DNA of 63,559 bases, filler included, from Gonapodya sp. JEL0774 (GCA_027604505.1; 52 parts of 52 records of this genome joined end to end with filler, not necessarily neighbours in it), one strand, 5' to 3'. Positions 13,171-24,110 are shown, counted from the first letter of the whole stretch. The notes: generated by a model not told the origin, from the letters alone. Numbers and translations are program-made.

Positions 13171-13570
13171 TGTTACTCACAATTATCCAGCACTATCGTA
13201 TACGAAGGCAAGATAAACCAACTGGATATATTAGTCATGACTGGAGAGGTCCAGTCGATCCGGGTCAGTGGAGGTGTGTTTGAGGTGTCTCACATCAAGC
13301 AACAGGGACTCCTCAGTTCAACTCACTGATAGCCTCCAACACCACGGTTGACCCTGGGAGCAAAGAGCTCGCCGACCACGTGAACGAGCTCGTATTCTTC
13401 TCGACGGCGCTTGTATGTTGCAATCCCCTGCCCTGNNNNNNNNNNNNNNNNNNNNNNNNNNNNNNNNNNNNNNNNNNNNTTAATTAATTAANNNNNNNNN
13501 NNNNNNNNNNNNNNNNNNNNNNNNNNNNNNNNNNNGATCAGGCTGGCATTATAATTTTTTACTTTTGGGG

Positions 13571-14591
13571 CTAGGCGGCACCCGCAAATCCTATAACTAC
13601 GCTATTGTCCGACTCATCCCCAAATACATTACTCTCATAAATCTGCGGAGGCCTCGAATAAGTCGAAATTAGTTGCAAGGTACTGTGCCGGTCCTTGAAC
13701 TCTGATAGACGTCTGTCTGATAAACAAGGACATAGGGACACGTTCAAATAAACCCATGTTCTTCGTGCAGTCATTCCTTCCCCCGCCCGCCATAGTGACG
13801 TTCTACCGGTCCAAAGATCGTCCAAAAAGTCCAAAGTCCTCTCGGTAACTCCCTCGCAAGCGGCGACTGATACCCGGCTCAACATTCGGCCCCGGATGGC
13901 CAGAAGCTCCAGCCCTCTATCAGAAACATCCGTGCAATCCATAATCAAAGTCCTTAGCTTGGTACAGCGAGTGGTAAGGATATCTAATCCCGAGCTTGTG
14001 AGTTGGGTCCACGACACGTCTAGCTCCTCCAGTCCGCTCGCACTTGCGCTCCATTTGGCGACACCTGCATCGGTCACACCCCCAATTCTGGAGAGTCTCA
14101 GAGTTTTCAGGCGAGGTGCAGCCAAGCAAATTGAGGAAACACCCGCGTCGGTGATTTTATCGCATTCCGACAAATCCAACTCTTTCAAACCACCAGGTGC
14201 GAAGAGCGAGAGGGTAATGAGGCCTTCATCCGTGATGTTCGAGCAATAAGCAAGGCTTAGGGAGCGAATATAGCCGAAACTTTGATCATCGTGAGGTCTT
14301 CCCGGAATGATCGCAGAAAACTGAGTGCTTCCGAGCAAGAAAAGGCGAGAATCGTCCACGATTGGCCGCAAAGGACTCAGATCGAGATTCAAGTAAAACC
14401 TTGAGTCTCGAGAAATTGTGTGAGCACGGTAACAAGTCTGATTCGACAGTGTACAATTTTTGAGATCTATCAACCGTGGTGATTGAGATCGCTTTTGAAC
14501 TCACCACTGCGAAACGACACAGCGCAGTGATGGAAACGTAATGAAGGACGTGGACGAGAATTTCGTCGGGCAGTCCCATGAGTGAGGTCAT
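13571..14591 (-). CDS. F-box/LRR (FBXL-type) protein, apparently complete (exons 14591-14505 and 14437-13571)
   Basis: F-box LMGLPDEILVHVLHYV is joined by a 67-nt GTGAGT...CAG intron to cysteine-containing LRRs (LSLAYCSNITDEGL, LDLSECDKITDAGV, LIMDCTDVSDRGL). Confidence 0.9.
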
Positions 14592-14762
14592 GGTATCAAA
14601 AGAGACAAAGGTGGTGATCGAACTGAGTGATAAATTCATCAATCCCAGTCACCATTGGTATCNNNNNNNNNNNNNNNNNNNNNNNNNNNNNNNNNNNNNN
14701 NNNNNNTTAATTAATTAANNNNNNNNNNNNNNNNNNNNNNNNNNNNNNNNNNNNNNNNNNNN

Positions 14763-15889
14763 CGTCCACCCCTTCATCAGTCAATTTTCATGCCTCTACT
14801 GCTCCAAGGGAATCTGAAATGGAACCGTTTAAGCCATTCTCCCTCCCTTCTGCTCTTGAGACTATGAGGGCTTTGGTCTCTCTTATTGATGTGAAGAATC
14901 GCCATCACACAGACTCTAACCATAGAATTGTGGCCCTTGGCCTGTTGACAATTGCGTTTGAAGTTGCTGGAGCCAGCATAGCAGACTGGGTGCAATATGG
15001 CAAGAAGGTGGCTAGATGGTCCCAACAGTTAACACTTGGTGCCACATCTGCAACATCTGACATTGACTTAAAGTGCGTGTCGGGCCAACAGAGGAATCAT
15101 CTGAAAGCAGTCACAAACTCTGCCCCAGACAACTCTGATTTGCATTCAGAAAGAGCAATTGCTTTGAATTATCTAGAGCTTTCAACACACTCCAATTTCT
15201 CATCACTTATTTGTGATGACCTGTGCCATCATCTTTTTGCAATCTTGAGAATGGAGAATGTTACATTTGGAAATCCTCCATCATCAATGCAGTTGACTTT
15301 GATTCAGTCTGCTCTTCAATGTGGTGTAGCACTGTTTGCAGCTGCTAGAAGAGAATTAAGGGTGCAATGGGAGTTCTTCTTGGATTTCTTAATGACAAGG
15401 TGTGAACAGGGAGTTGTTGGTTGGGATGTTGGGGAATGGGGACGTTCCTCCAGCCAGCAGTCTTCTTCAGTACCAAAGTCGCTTGATCTCCTCAGTGATA
15501 GAAGGGGGTTAGTTAATGTCCGCTGGCCACTCACAGGGGAAGTACGGGAGTTGATCCTGGAATCACTGACCCAAGTACAGTTTGTGACTGTGAAGGAATT
15601 TGTGTTGCACTATCAAATGACAGTCCTCTGTTTCTGGCTTAATTTATCCAGTTTGCTCGCATCCCAACTTTCTTGCATGAATTGTATGTCAATTTTGACT
15701 GTAATCTGCACTCGCAGTACCATCTTTATGAAGATGTTGTAGAGTTCTTAGCCAAGGTGTGTACTTGATGTGGTGACTCGAGGTATAGTTATAATTTGCT
15801 GACATCTGCTGCGAACATCAGCACTCATTCCCAGATGCCACACCTGGAGGACCTGTCACTTCATTGCAGCACCAAACTGTCTGCTTAGA
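14763..15889 (+). CDS. GEA2: Sec7-family ARF guanine-nucleotide exchange factor, Gea/GBF1 type (internal fragment, HUS region)
   Basis: KPFSLPSALETMRALVSLIDVKNRHHTD...AFEVAGASI, and after an intron FARIPTFLHELYVNFDCNL (HUS box Y-x-N-Y/F-D-C). Confidence 0.85.
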
Positions 15890-16365
15890 NNNNNNNNNNN
15901 NNNNNNNNNNNNNNNNNNNNNNNNNNNNNNNNNTTAATTAATTAANNNNNNNNNNNNNNNNNNNNNNNNNNNNNNNNNNNNNNNNNNNNACAAAAAGTAG
16001 GGATCGGTGGGAAGGAGGAGGAGGGCCGGGCATCAGGCTGGACAAGCAGACGGTATCCACCCGTCCTGCCTATCCTAGTCGCTGTGGTACGTCACACCTC
16101 ATCGGAGGACGAGAACATATCCTGTCATCCTGCTTGTCCTAGTCCTTGCGGTATGTCACACCACACCGGACGAAAAGGTCGTATCCTGCTGTCCTGCCTG
16201 TCCTCGGCCGCTCCTTGGCCCGTGCACTCGCTCCGAGGAAGGAACCGTGTGGAACACCCTCGAACATTCCTGAAAGAACTTTCGAAGACTGTTGGAAACA
16301 AAAGATGCACCCAAATCCCTGACCCCCTTCCAAACGAAAATCTTTCAAAGGTGACATTCGAGAAG

Positions 16366-17116
16366 ATGCCAACCACGGTGAATGACGGTTCTCCGATGGA
16401 CATGGACGACGACGAAGACACCAGAGGCAGCAAAGATGGGGTGTACAGAGAGAGCCAAGTGAGCGATGCTCTCAACCGCGCTCTGGGTTCACCGGTGAAA
16501 ACGATGTGGACCGAACGAGGCGGCCGGCTCTGGTCCAGCGGTACGAGCTGTTGGTGTCCATCGTCGCATCGCGAGCGTGGTCTTCCTGGAAGCGACAACC
16601 TCGACGACCTCGACGACCTCGACAACCGCGATGGTCGCTGCGTCGAGTGGTATGTGAACGTTCACGATGACAGAACAGTGACGACGTGGTGTGCTTAGCA
16701 CGGAGAACGGCAGTTGGAACTACCTGTAGCGTATGCCGTCCACCTCGCGGTCGGCACAGTGTACGTTCGAATGACCGAGGGCGCGACGGAATATGAGGCC
16801 CTCCGCGGCACAATGTACAACTACGCAAGGGTTCACGGACTTCGCCGGGACGGCAGCACGGGGGACATCTACGAGCCTGTGCAAACGAGAAGTGCATGGA
16901 CTCCAAGACGTTCCTCTTCCGGGTCTTCTCGCAGGATTACCGCATGTTGGCTAAGAACCGACGGTACCAGCGCGACCTCGTCGAATCCCTGATGACCACG
17001 CCTGACCCCCGTTTACCGGTGCTGCGAGTGTGCAAGCGTTACTTTGGCTTCCGCAACGGGATCTACAACATTGAGACCTGCGAATTCACACCTCGGGATA
17101 AGGTGCCGGTGGTCGT
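16366..17116 (+). pseudogene. D5-like primase-helicase N-terminal region of NCLDV (giant virus) type, disrupted
   Basis: Conceptual product YARVHGLRRDGSTGDIYEPVQTRSAW / KTFLFRVF...DPRLPVLRVCKRYFGFRNGIYNIETCEF matches the D5_N-type F-x-N-G-[VI]-Y-[DN] motif. It has an in-frame TAG at 16696-16698, a frameshift near 16890-16905 and no evident introns. Confidence 0.65.
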
Positions 17117-17309
17117 NNNNNNNNNNNNNNNNNNNNNNNNNNNNNNNNNNNNNNNNNNNNTTAATTAATTAANNNNNNNNNNNNNNNNNNNNNNNNNNNN
17201 NNNNNNNNNNNNNNNNGAGTTGTCAACACGACGGATGTGTGGGAGGTGGTGAGTTTTAAGTATCTTGTGGAGAGTGTTGCAACTGTAATACCAATTTGGT
17301 GAATTGCAA

Positions 17310-18343
17310 CAGACTCGTGTAGCCTATCAACGCATCGCCAATGCCGTCGGCCCCCCACTCCTTGCTTACCTTGAACCCCTCATCTCCATCGGGCTTCTCT
17401 CTCGGCGCAATCACCGTGAAATGTCCGAATTCCTTCCTTCTCTCGGTATTCTCATGTACAAGTTCAAGGTGGCTTTCATGCCTTACTTGGATGCAGTTAT
17501 GTGGCTCATTGTAGAAAGGACGCTTGAATACTTGGGGGAGCCGGATGGCACAGATGGGAACGATGACAGGAAGGAGCTAAGAAAAGCATATTGTGGCTTT
17601 TTGGGCGCAGTGCTCGGAGGAGAATTGGAAGAGGTGTTCACCAGTCCTCGTAAGTGTGAGCGGCGGTGCAACCAGTGAGGTCTACCAACCCACCACCTTC
17701 TTGACTAGGAAATCACTCCCGTCTCAATCTAATCTTGGACTCTGTCCTTCTGCTTGCTGGGGACTCCACAGAACCTGTCAGCCAAAGAGCGGCTCTTACA
17801 GTGCTCTCCCGCGCTGTGCTCGTGTGGGCAGGATCAGCCTCTAATCCCCTGGCCTCCGGTTTCCACGGCATGCTCTCCACTTCGCCTTTATCCTCATCCC
17901 CTCCGTCGCACGGGCTTGCCGGGAAAATGGCGGCCAAGGCCAAGAAAGCCAAACAGCCGATGGTTGGATCTTTAATCATCCCGAGACCCAACCCCATTCC
18001 TGGCTTCGGATCCTTCGTGTACGAGAAACTTGTGCCAATTGCTTTTGATGCTCTCTTAGCCGCTGGGGAAGGGCAATCTCAATTGGTGGGTTTGGCGAGC
18101 ACTTACAATAGTCAATGTCGACCGCCGCGCTCACGTCTTCTGCTCTTGAAGACAATCGCAGAGGTCGCGCAATTGTACAAGGCCATCTTGATCAAGCAGG
18201 GCGATGAATTTCTGGAGTTTCTGCGTTCCAGATTCCTCCCCTCCCGCAACTGCCCACCTCCAATCTCCGAAGGATTCTTGGACGCTCTCCGTAATCCAGA
18301 TCTCAAGGCACTCCGCAAGTATATGGAGGTAGCCTTTCTAGGT
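17310..18343 (+). CDS. LOS1: Exportin-T (tRNA export receptor), C-terminal part
   Basis: EFLPSLGILMYKFK, GTDGNDDRKELRKAYCGFL...LEEVFTSP, PIPGFGSFVYEKLVPIAFD and KQGDEFLEFLRSRFLPSRNCPP match exportin-T C-termini. Introns are present. Confidence 0.85.
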
Positions 18344-19670
18344 NNNNNNNNNNNNNNNNNNNNNNNNNNNNNNNNNNNNNNNNNNNNTTAATTAATTAAN
18401 NNNNNNNNNNNNNNNNNNNNNNNNNNNNNNNNNNNNNNNNNNNGACATCGGATATGACGGACATTTCGGCGATATCTGCCGTTGAAGAGGAGCATCCGGA
18501 CCAGTCGCCCTCGGACATACAATCACTGAAGATACAGGAAAAGGTATGTGGTAGGTGAGAATGTTTCTCCCGAAGATTCCAAATCAAATCGGGATTTTGT
18601 TGGCTTCGCTCCCCGATTTGCGTGACTCAGTGCAACCTCAATCCGTGACGCCTCGCCACTCCCGAGGGACCATAAACCAGCTCAAAAAGTAAAGCATACT
18701 CTTCCCAATGATAGAGAATGTACAGATCGTGTATATTGTGGTTGCCATCTCCCGTCTTGGACAGAATCGGTAGCCAAATCCCTCTCCCCAGTTCTCCACA
18801 CTACCCTGGCAAGCCCCCCAACACCAACTCACTCAAGCATCGAATCTTCCACGAAATCCATTTCCAAGTACTTTTGCTGACCAATTGTTTCCATTTTCCC
18901 GGTCGATTGAGTCTGGTGGCGAGAACAGTGCGAGGACCGTCGGAATAATGTGTTGGCGCCCATATTGCCGCGGAAATCGACCGCTGAATCAACTCACCAG
19001 ACACTTCCTCTTCGCCCTAATAGGAGATGGAAATCGGTTTTACGCTATGCCGTCGTCCAGAGTTCACAGAGTGAGCGCCAGGATTGAATTTCCCGCTGAT
19101 TCCGTAGGGCGGCTCTGGACCAGGAACCCTCGAACACGTTTTGCCCATGGCTGTGCCACACTCGATTCCGAATGGGAAAACCGAATTGTTGGGATGGACG
19201 ATGGCCCGATCCGATGACGACATACATTTTAATCTACGCCAGTTACGGAGAAATATTCGCGGATTTTCAAGTTTCGGTGTTCCGTTCAGCCGGAGGAGTG
19301 AACACGACGTGGATCGTGTCCTGCACGTCATATGACATGTACGTAAACCGACCGTCATACCGGAGTCGACCGATCACCATGATCTTGTCCTACAGAATTC
19401 GATTGGCGGTTCGTCATTTGTGCCTGTCATTGGAATGTCGATTATCACTTTTCAATCCACCGAGTATCGATTTTCATTTTTTACAATGAGAATTTTGTTA
19501 TTATTATTGACGACATTATGTTTTGTTTGTTGGCAGACATTGCAAGTTATTAATCTTCTTATAACACAGANNNNNNNNNNNNNNNNNNNNNNNNNNNNNN
19601 NNNNNNNNNNNNNNTTAATTAATTAANNNNNNNNNNNNNNNNNNNNNNNNNNNNNNNNNNNNNNNNNNNN

Positions 19671-20795
19671 GTTCTACCAAACACTATTCAAAGAATACAA
19701 AGGCGCCAAACCCACAGAAGCATACCTCGCATACACCCCCAAACCCGGCCTTTCAAAACTACCACCTGACCACCCCCTTCACCGAAAAAGAGTTCAACAT
19801 GGCTGTCACTGCTCTCAACACCAACAAGGTCACAGACATGCGAGGCAAAGAACCACAGCAGAACACATCATCTATCTTGATGCTGAAGCCTGTGATACCA
19901 CCCTTGTTGTGCTCAACAACATTCTTGCCGCGGGTGCCGTCCCGCAAGAACGGACCAACTAGTACCTCACCCTCCTACCAAAGAAAGGCTATCTCTTAGA
20001 CCCAAATAACTACTGCACCGTAGGAAGCATTCCCCTCACCTTGCTCATCCTCCACTGACTCACCCGCTTCTCCCTGAAAACGGGCCTCATCCCAGAAACA
20101 CAATTCGGCTTCACAAGCAAAAGAAGAGCAGAAAACTCCCTGCTCTACCTCCACATGCAAATTGCCGATGCCATGCTCAACCACCCAGGCAAACCCAAGG
20201 AACGGAAACGTGCACTCCTCGCCGCCTTCATCGACTTCAGAAAAGCCTTCGACTCCCTCCCTCACAAATACCTCGCACTCAAACTTGAGAAAATGGGCCT
20301 CACTGGCAGACTCCTGCAAGTCATCTCCTCCCTCTTCAAACAGGGCATACTCACCTTAAGGTGGTTTGGGGAAATTGACGAAGCCTGAATCAGGCAAGCC
20401 CGCAGAGTCACCCAGGGAAATCCCCTGTCTACCCTCGTCTACAACCTCATCAGGGCCAACCTTCCTGCATTCATTGCTCCTGCGCTTGGCTCCAAAAACG
20501 ACACAGTAGCCTTTGCTGACGACTTCTTTCTCCTGGCCCTCAAAGCCGCCATCCTCCGACCTGCCCTCAAGCGTCTAGCAGAATACTGCCTCATATCGGG
20601 GCTAACTGTCAACGTACTCAGAACCATCACCATGTACTTTTACGCGCACAATGTGGACACACAAGCGTCACAAGATCCTTGGTGGAACAACTGACAAAAC
20701 TTCATTACAACAATAAATACATCAAACCCTCAGACGAGGTCAAACTCCTCAGCATCCGGCAAGAAAGACATGGCCGCTACACGCATACCATCTCC
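19671..20795 (+). mobile_element. Non-LTR retrotransposon (LINE) reverse transcriptase, pseudogenised
   Basis: Ordered RT motifs LLPKKG..DPNNY, ETQFGF, AFIDFRKAFDSLPH, VTQGNPLSTLVYNL and AFADD, with several in-frame stops. Confidence 0.92.
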
Positions 20796-20910
20796 NNNNN
20801 NNNNNNNNNNNNNNNNNNNNNNNNNNNNNNNNNNNNNNNTTAATTAATTAANNNNNNNNNNNNNNNNNNNNNNNNNNNNNNNNNNNNNNNNNNNNAGACA
20901 GTGCTCAAAG

Positions 20911-21144
20911 TTCGTCAGAAAATAGTATTCGCGGGGGTCAGGAAAAAGGTGTTTCCAAGGGTCGGGAAAAAGTCGATCAGCACTGGGTCAGAATAAAGTC
21001 ATTATTTAGCCGCGTCAGAAAGAAGACACTCAGGGTCAGATTAAAGACACCTGGGGGCAGAATAAAGAAATATTTTGGCTGACCAGGGTCAGAAAAAAGG
21101 TGCGCCAAGGGTCGGGGAAAAGAACTTTTTGGGTCGGATAAAAG
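20911..21144 (+). repeat. Array of about 9-10 degenerate GGGTCRGA(W)AAAG motifs spaced about 20-30 bp apart
   Basis: Copies seen: gggtcaggaaaaag, gggtcgggaaaaag, gggtcagaataaag, gcgtcagaaagaag, gggtcagattaaag, ggggcagaataaag, gggtcagaaaaaag, gggtcggggaaaag, gggtcggataaaag. Confidence 0.85.
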
Positions 21145-21473
21145 ATTCATGCTCGAACACACCGTACAGAGAAAGCTTAATCTACTTTATCCGACGGCCA
21201 TAGCACCGTCCTCCAATGTGTGCACCAAGTTACCCACGTTCCCTAGTGTAGCTCACTAACCAATAACGCTAGAACAAAACTGTAAAGAACAAACTTGTAG
21301 AGCATTCTACGGCAAGTAATTTTACTCCATTAAATATCCCCGAATTCCAGCTCCCTGTGGCGCTAGAGCCGTCCGAAATAACAAAACCTCCCATATCTCA
21401 ACACCACGGAGCTAGGGTCGTCGGATAAACTAGATTAAGCTTTTTCTGTATGACGTGTTCGAATAAGTGAATC
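21144..21473. repeat. Imperfect inverted repeat pair of about 66 bp (21144-21209 and 21406-21473) around a spacer of about 195 bp
   Basis: Left arm GATTCATGCTCGAACACACCGTACAGAGAAAGCTTAATCTACTTTATCCGACGGCCATAGCACCGT. Reverse complement of the right arm GATTCACTTATTCGAACACGTCATACAGAAAAAGCTTAATCTAGTTTATCCGACGACCCTAGCTCCGT. Confidence 0.9.
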
Positions 21474-21896
21474 ATGACCGCTCAACACACCCCGACCCAA
21501 CCTTGGTGTTGTGGAGTGCACCCTATGTAAATCCCTCTTGTACTTCTTGCCAGCCTTGCAAAACTCTCCCCAGTAAGGTTCATCAGACCAATGATCTTCT
21601 GCAAAGTGGTACATCCCACCACATTCCCTGCACTGCATGAAGATCTCCCTCAATTTGCATTCCAAACAATCCCTTGCAAGCTTCTTGATGCCATCATCAC
21701 CACAATGTTTGCAGATCTTCTCACTGCTGCACTGAAACGAATAGTGTCCCTGTCCCTCGCAATTCATGCAAATCTGCTTTGAGCTGCAATCCATAGAAGA
21801 ATGACCCAATCCCTCACAGTTGTAGCACCACAATGGGCTGAAACAGTCCCTCTCAAAATGGCCACTGCCACCACAGTTATTGCATCCAAAATCCAT
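21435..21896 (-). CDS. Multi-CCHC zinc-knuckle (nucleocapsid-like) ORF inside a copia-type LTR element
   Basis: Three perfect CX2CX4HX4C knuckles, one degenerate knuckle (CKHC...DC) and one CX2CX4HX4H. The ORF starts about 95 nt after a PBS. Confidence 0.85.
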   Translation of the reverse strand: MDFGCNNCGGSGHFERDCFSPLWCYNCEGLGHSSMDCSSKQICMNCEGQGHYSFQCSSEKICKHCGDDGIKKLARDCLECKLREIFMQCRECGGMYHFAEDHWSDEPYWGEFCKAGKKYKRDLHRVHSTTPRLGRGVLSGHDSLIRTRHTEKA

Positions 21897-21992
21897 CCTG
21901 TTTGATCCTCAGACGAAACCGGTTAAACGGCTCAGATACCACTTATTGTTGTCAATCGTCCAAAACGTCCAGATCTTCAAAGTTGAGCAGCC

Positions 21993-22020
21993 GGGCTCAT
22001 AACCTGTTGAAACTTGACTT
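21993..22020 (-). mobile_element. Copia-type 5' LTR end (...TCAACA) followed by primer-binding site GGTTATGAGCCC
   Basis: The minus strand reads AAGTCAAGTTTCAACA-GGTTATGAGCCC. The PBS is complementary to the anticodon arm of initiator tRNA-Met, as in the half-tRNA priming of copia-type elements. Confidence 0.88.
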
Positions 22021-23345
22021 NNNNNNNNNNNNNNNNNNNNNNNNNNNNNNNNNNNNNNNNNNNNTTAATTAATTAANNNNNNNNNNNNNNNNNNNNNNNN
22101 NNNNNNNNNNNNNNNNNNNNACAATGTCGTTTTTGTCGACTACGGGATGAGCGACGTCATCGTGCCACATATTGTTGGCAAGTAACCAAACAAGCACGGC
22201 GCTACCGCAGCGCTCCACAATCAAACCGCATTCTGTTTACTCGTTCATGACCACGGTCGTTGTTCATCTCGTTTAGATTCTTTCGTGGCTTTTTGTGATG
22301 TCTTTAGTTTTTGTTTGAGGCGGAGGCGTCTGCTCATTGATCATCCATTCTTTTACGCATGTCAGAGGGACGAACCAAGGCAGCTGTGGTTGAGTGTAGT
22401 AGCGAATCATGTTTTAGATAGACATTATGAGAAGTCATGTAAAAACAAATTTCAAAGAGAAGGGAGGAGTTCGGTGAGGGATCCTCAGCACCGACCCCAG
22501 CTGGTGCACCCATCATACTGAACCATTTCCCAGTCACATGACCACCACGACCACACCCTCGACAAGAGATGTGATCGAGAAGCTGGCAGAAATGACTAGC
22601 AAGGTAGAAGCGCTCCAGAGCATCGTTCGACAGGGTGAGTAGTTGGCGATCAGGGAGCTGACTCTCGGTCATATTCATTCGCGGGACACTCATGGGAGAG
22701 TGGAGTCACGAAGATGATGATGGTGATTTAAGTGACGAGTGAATCCCGTCGCTCGACCCTGTTTAAAAGAACCCATTTGGCTGTCTTCTCGTCACTTTGT
22801 GCGCATGCCACCTTCCACCGTGACCGGTAGGCGACAGCATGGACCTTGGCCGGATGAAGCAGCTCGAGAAAGAGAATCATGAGCTGAAAACCACGATCGA
22901 GAAGCTAGAGGTGTGTTTTCGCGATTCTTTTGGGGGGAGTTGACGACTTCACTGATGACAGATGCGAGTGGCAGTTCTTCTACGAACCTTGAGCCAGAAA
23001 GACGAAGTCATTGAAAATTTATTGAAGAAATCAGCGTGGAAATGATAACTTCGATGTGGGACAACTGTTGTGGACTAGCGAGTTCACAAGGGGCCAGCCT
23101 GTTCGTCTTACCCTGTCAACGAACATCTATAATGAAATACAACCCTGGCGTCCATTTACATTATTCAACTATTTGCTTGGTCTCAATATTCTCTCTTGAT
23201 TTACATTCGAGAGTCGGCACTCGACAAAAGACTATTGGTCTCCGANNNNNNNNNNNNNNNNNNNNNNNNNNNNNNNNNNNNNNNNNNNNTTAATTAATTA
23301 ANNNNNNNNNNNNNNNNNNNNNNNNNNNNNNNNNNNNNNNNNNNN

Positions 23346-24110
23346 GGATTCCCCAGTAAAGTGAAGCGCCGCAATGCCCGACCAGTAAGCTTCTGGGAGA
23401 CCGCCTGTGCCAGGTTTTCTCCGGCCTTTACCAATGGAATCACTCGAAACGCCGTTTGCGCCGATCACTCAGGAACTCACGGAAGAGCAAAAGCAGGAAG
23501 TGAAAGAGGCTTTCGAGCTGTTTGATACGGACAAAGACGGAAAACTGGACTATCATGAGCTCAAGGTGGGCGCTTGCAATAAATTGTTGAGTTGCCGACT
23601 CCAATTCAAGACTGGTCTCGCTTGACAGGTGGCCATGCGAGCATTGGGATTCGAGGTGAAGAAAGCAGAAGTCCTCAAAATCTTACGCGAAGTGGACAGG
23701 GAGGGTCAGAATCTCATTGCGTACACAGATTTCGTGAGAATAAGTGAGTTCGACCAGTTGAACCGTATGCACTCTCCTCTCCAATAACACCCTAAAACGG
23801 CTCTTCACGCTCAGTGACGGAACGAATACTTGCTCGTGACCCCATGGACGAAGTACGCCGGGCTTTCAAGCTCTTTGACGATGACGGGACTGGGAAGATC
23901 ACTTTGCGGAATCTTCGGAGGGTGGCAAAGGAAATTGGGGAACAGCTCGATGACGAGGAACTCCAAGCAATGATAGATGAGTTCGATTTAGACCAAGACG
24001 GAGAGAGTGAGTTCAGATACCGCATTTTCTCTCGCGAGCGATTCCTTATCTGACCGATTCAACAAGTAAACGAACAAGAATTTATTGCAATAATGACCGA
24101 AACAGACTGA
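23346..24110 (+). CDS. CDC31: Centrin-3/Cdc31 EF-hand protein, 5'-truncated (exons 23346-23384, 23473-23565, 23629-23743, 23815-24006, 24067-24110)
   Basis: [47 protein letters not shown]...[38 protein letters not shown]...[21 protein letters not shown]. All four introns keep the frame. Confidence 0.95.

Noticed and set aside
20911..21144. Repeat-spacer pattern as a CRISPR array
   Set aside because: The repeats are only 13-14 bp and degenerate, the spacers are short and irregular, the context is a eukaryotic transposon, and no cas genes are present.
21435..21896. Cellular CNBP/Gis2 ortholog
   Set aside because: It sits directly behind an LTR end and PBS and is shared with a copia pol contig, so a retroelement context is better supported.
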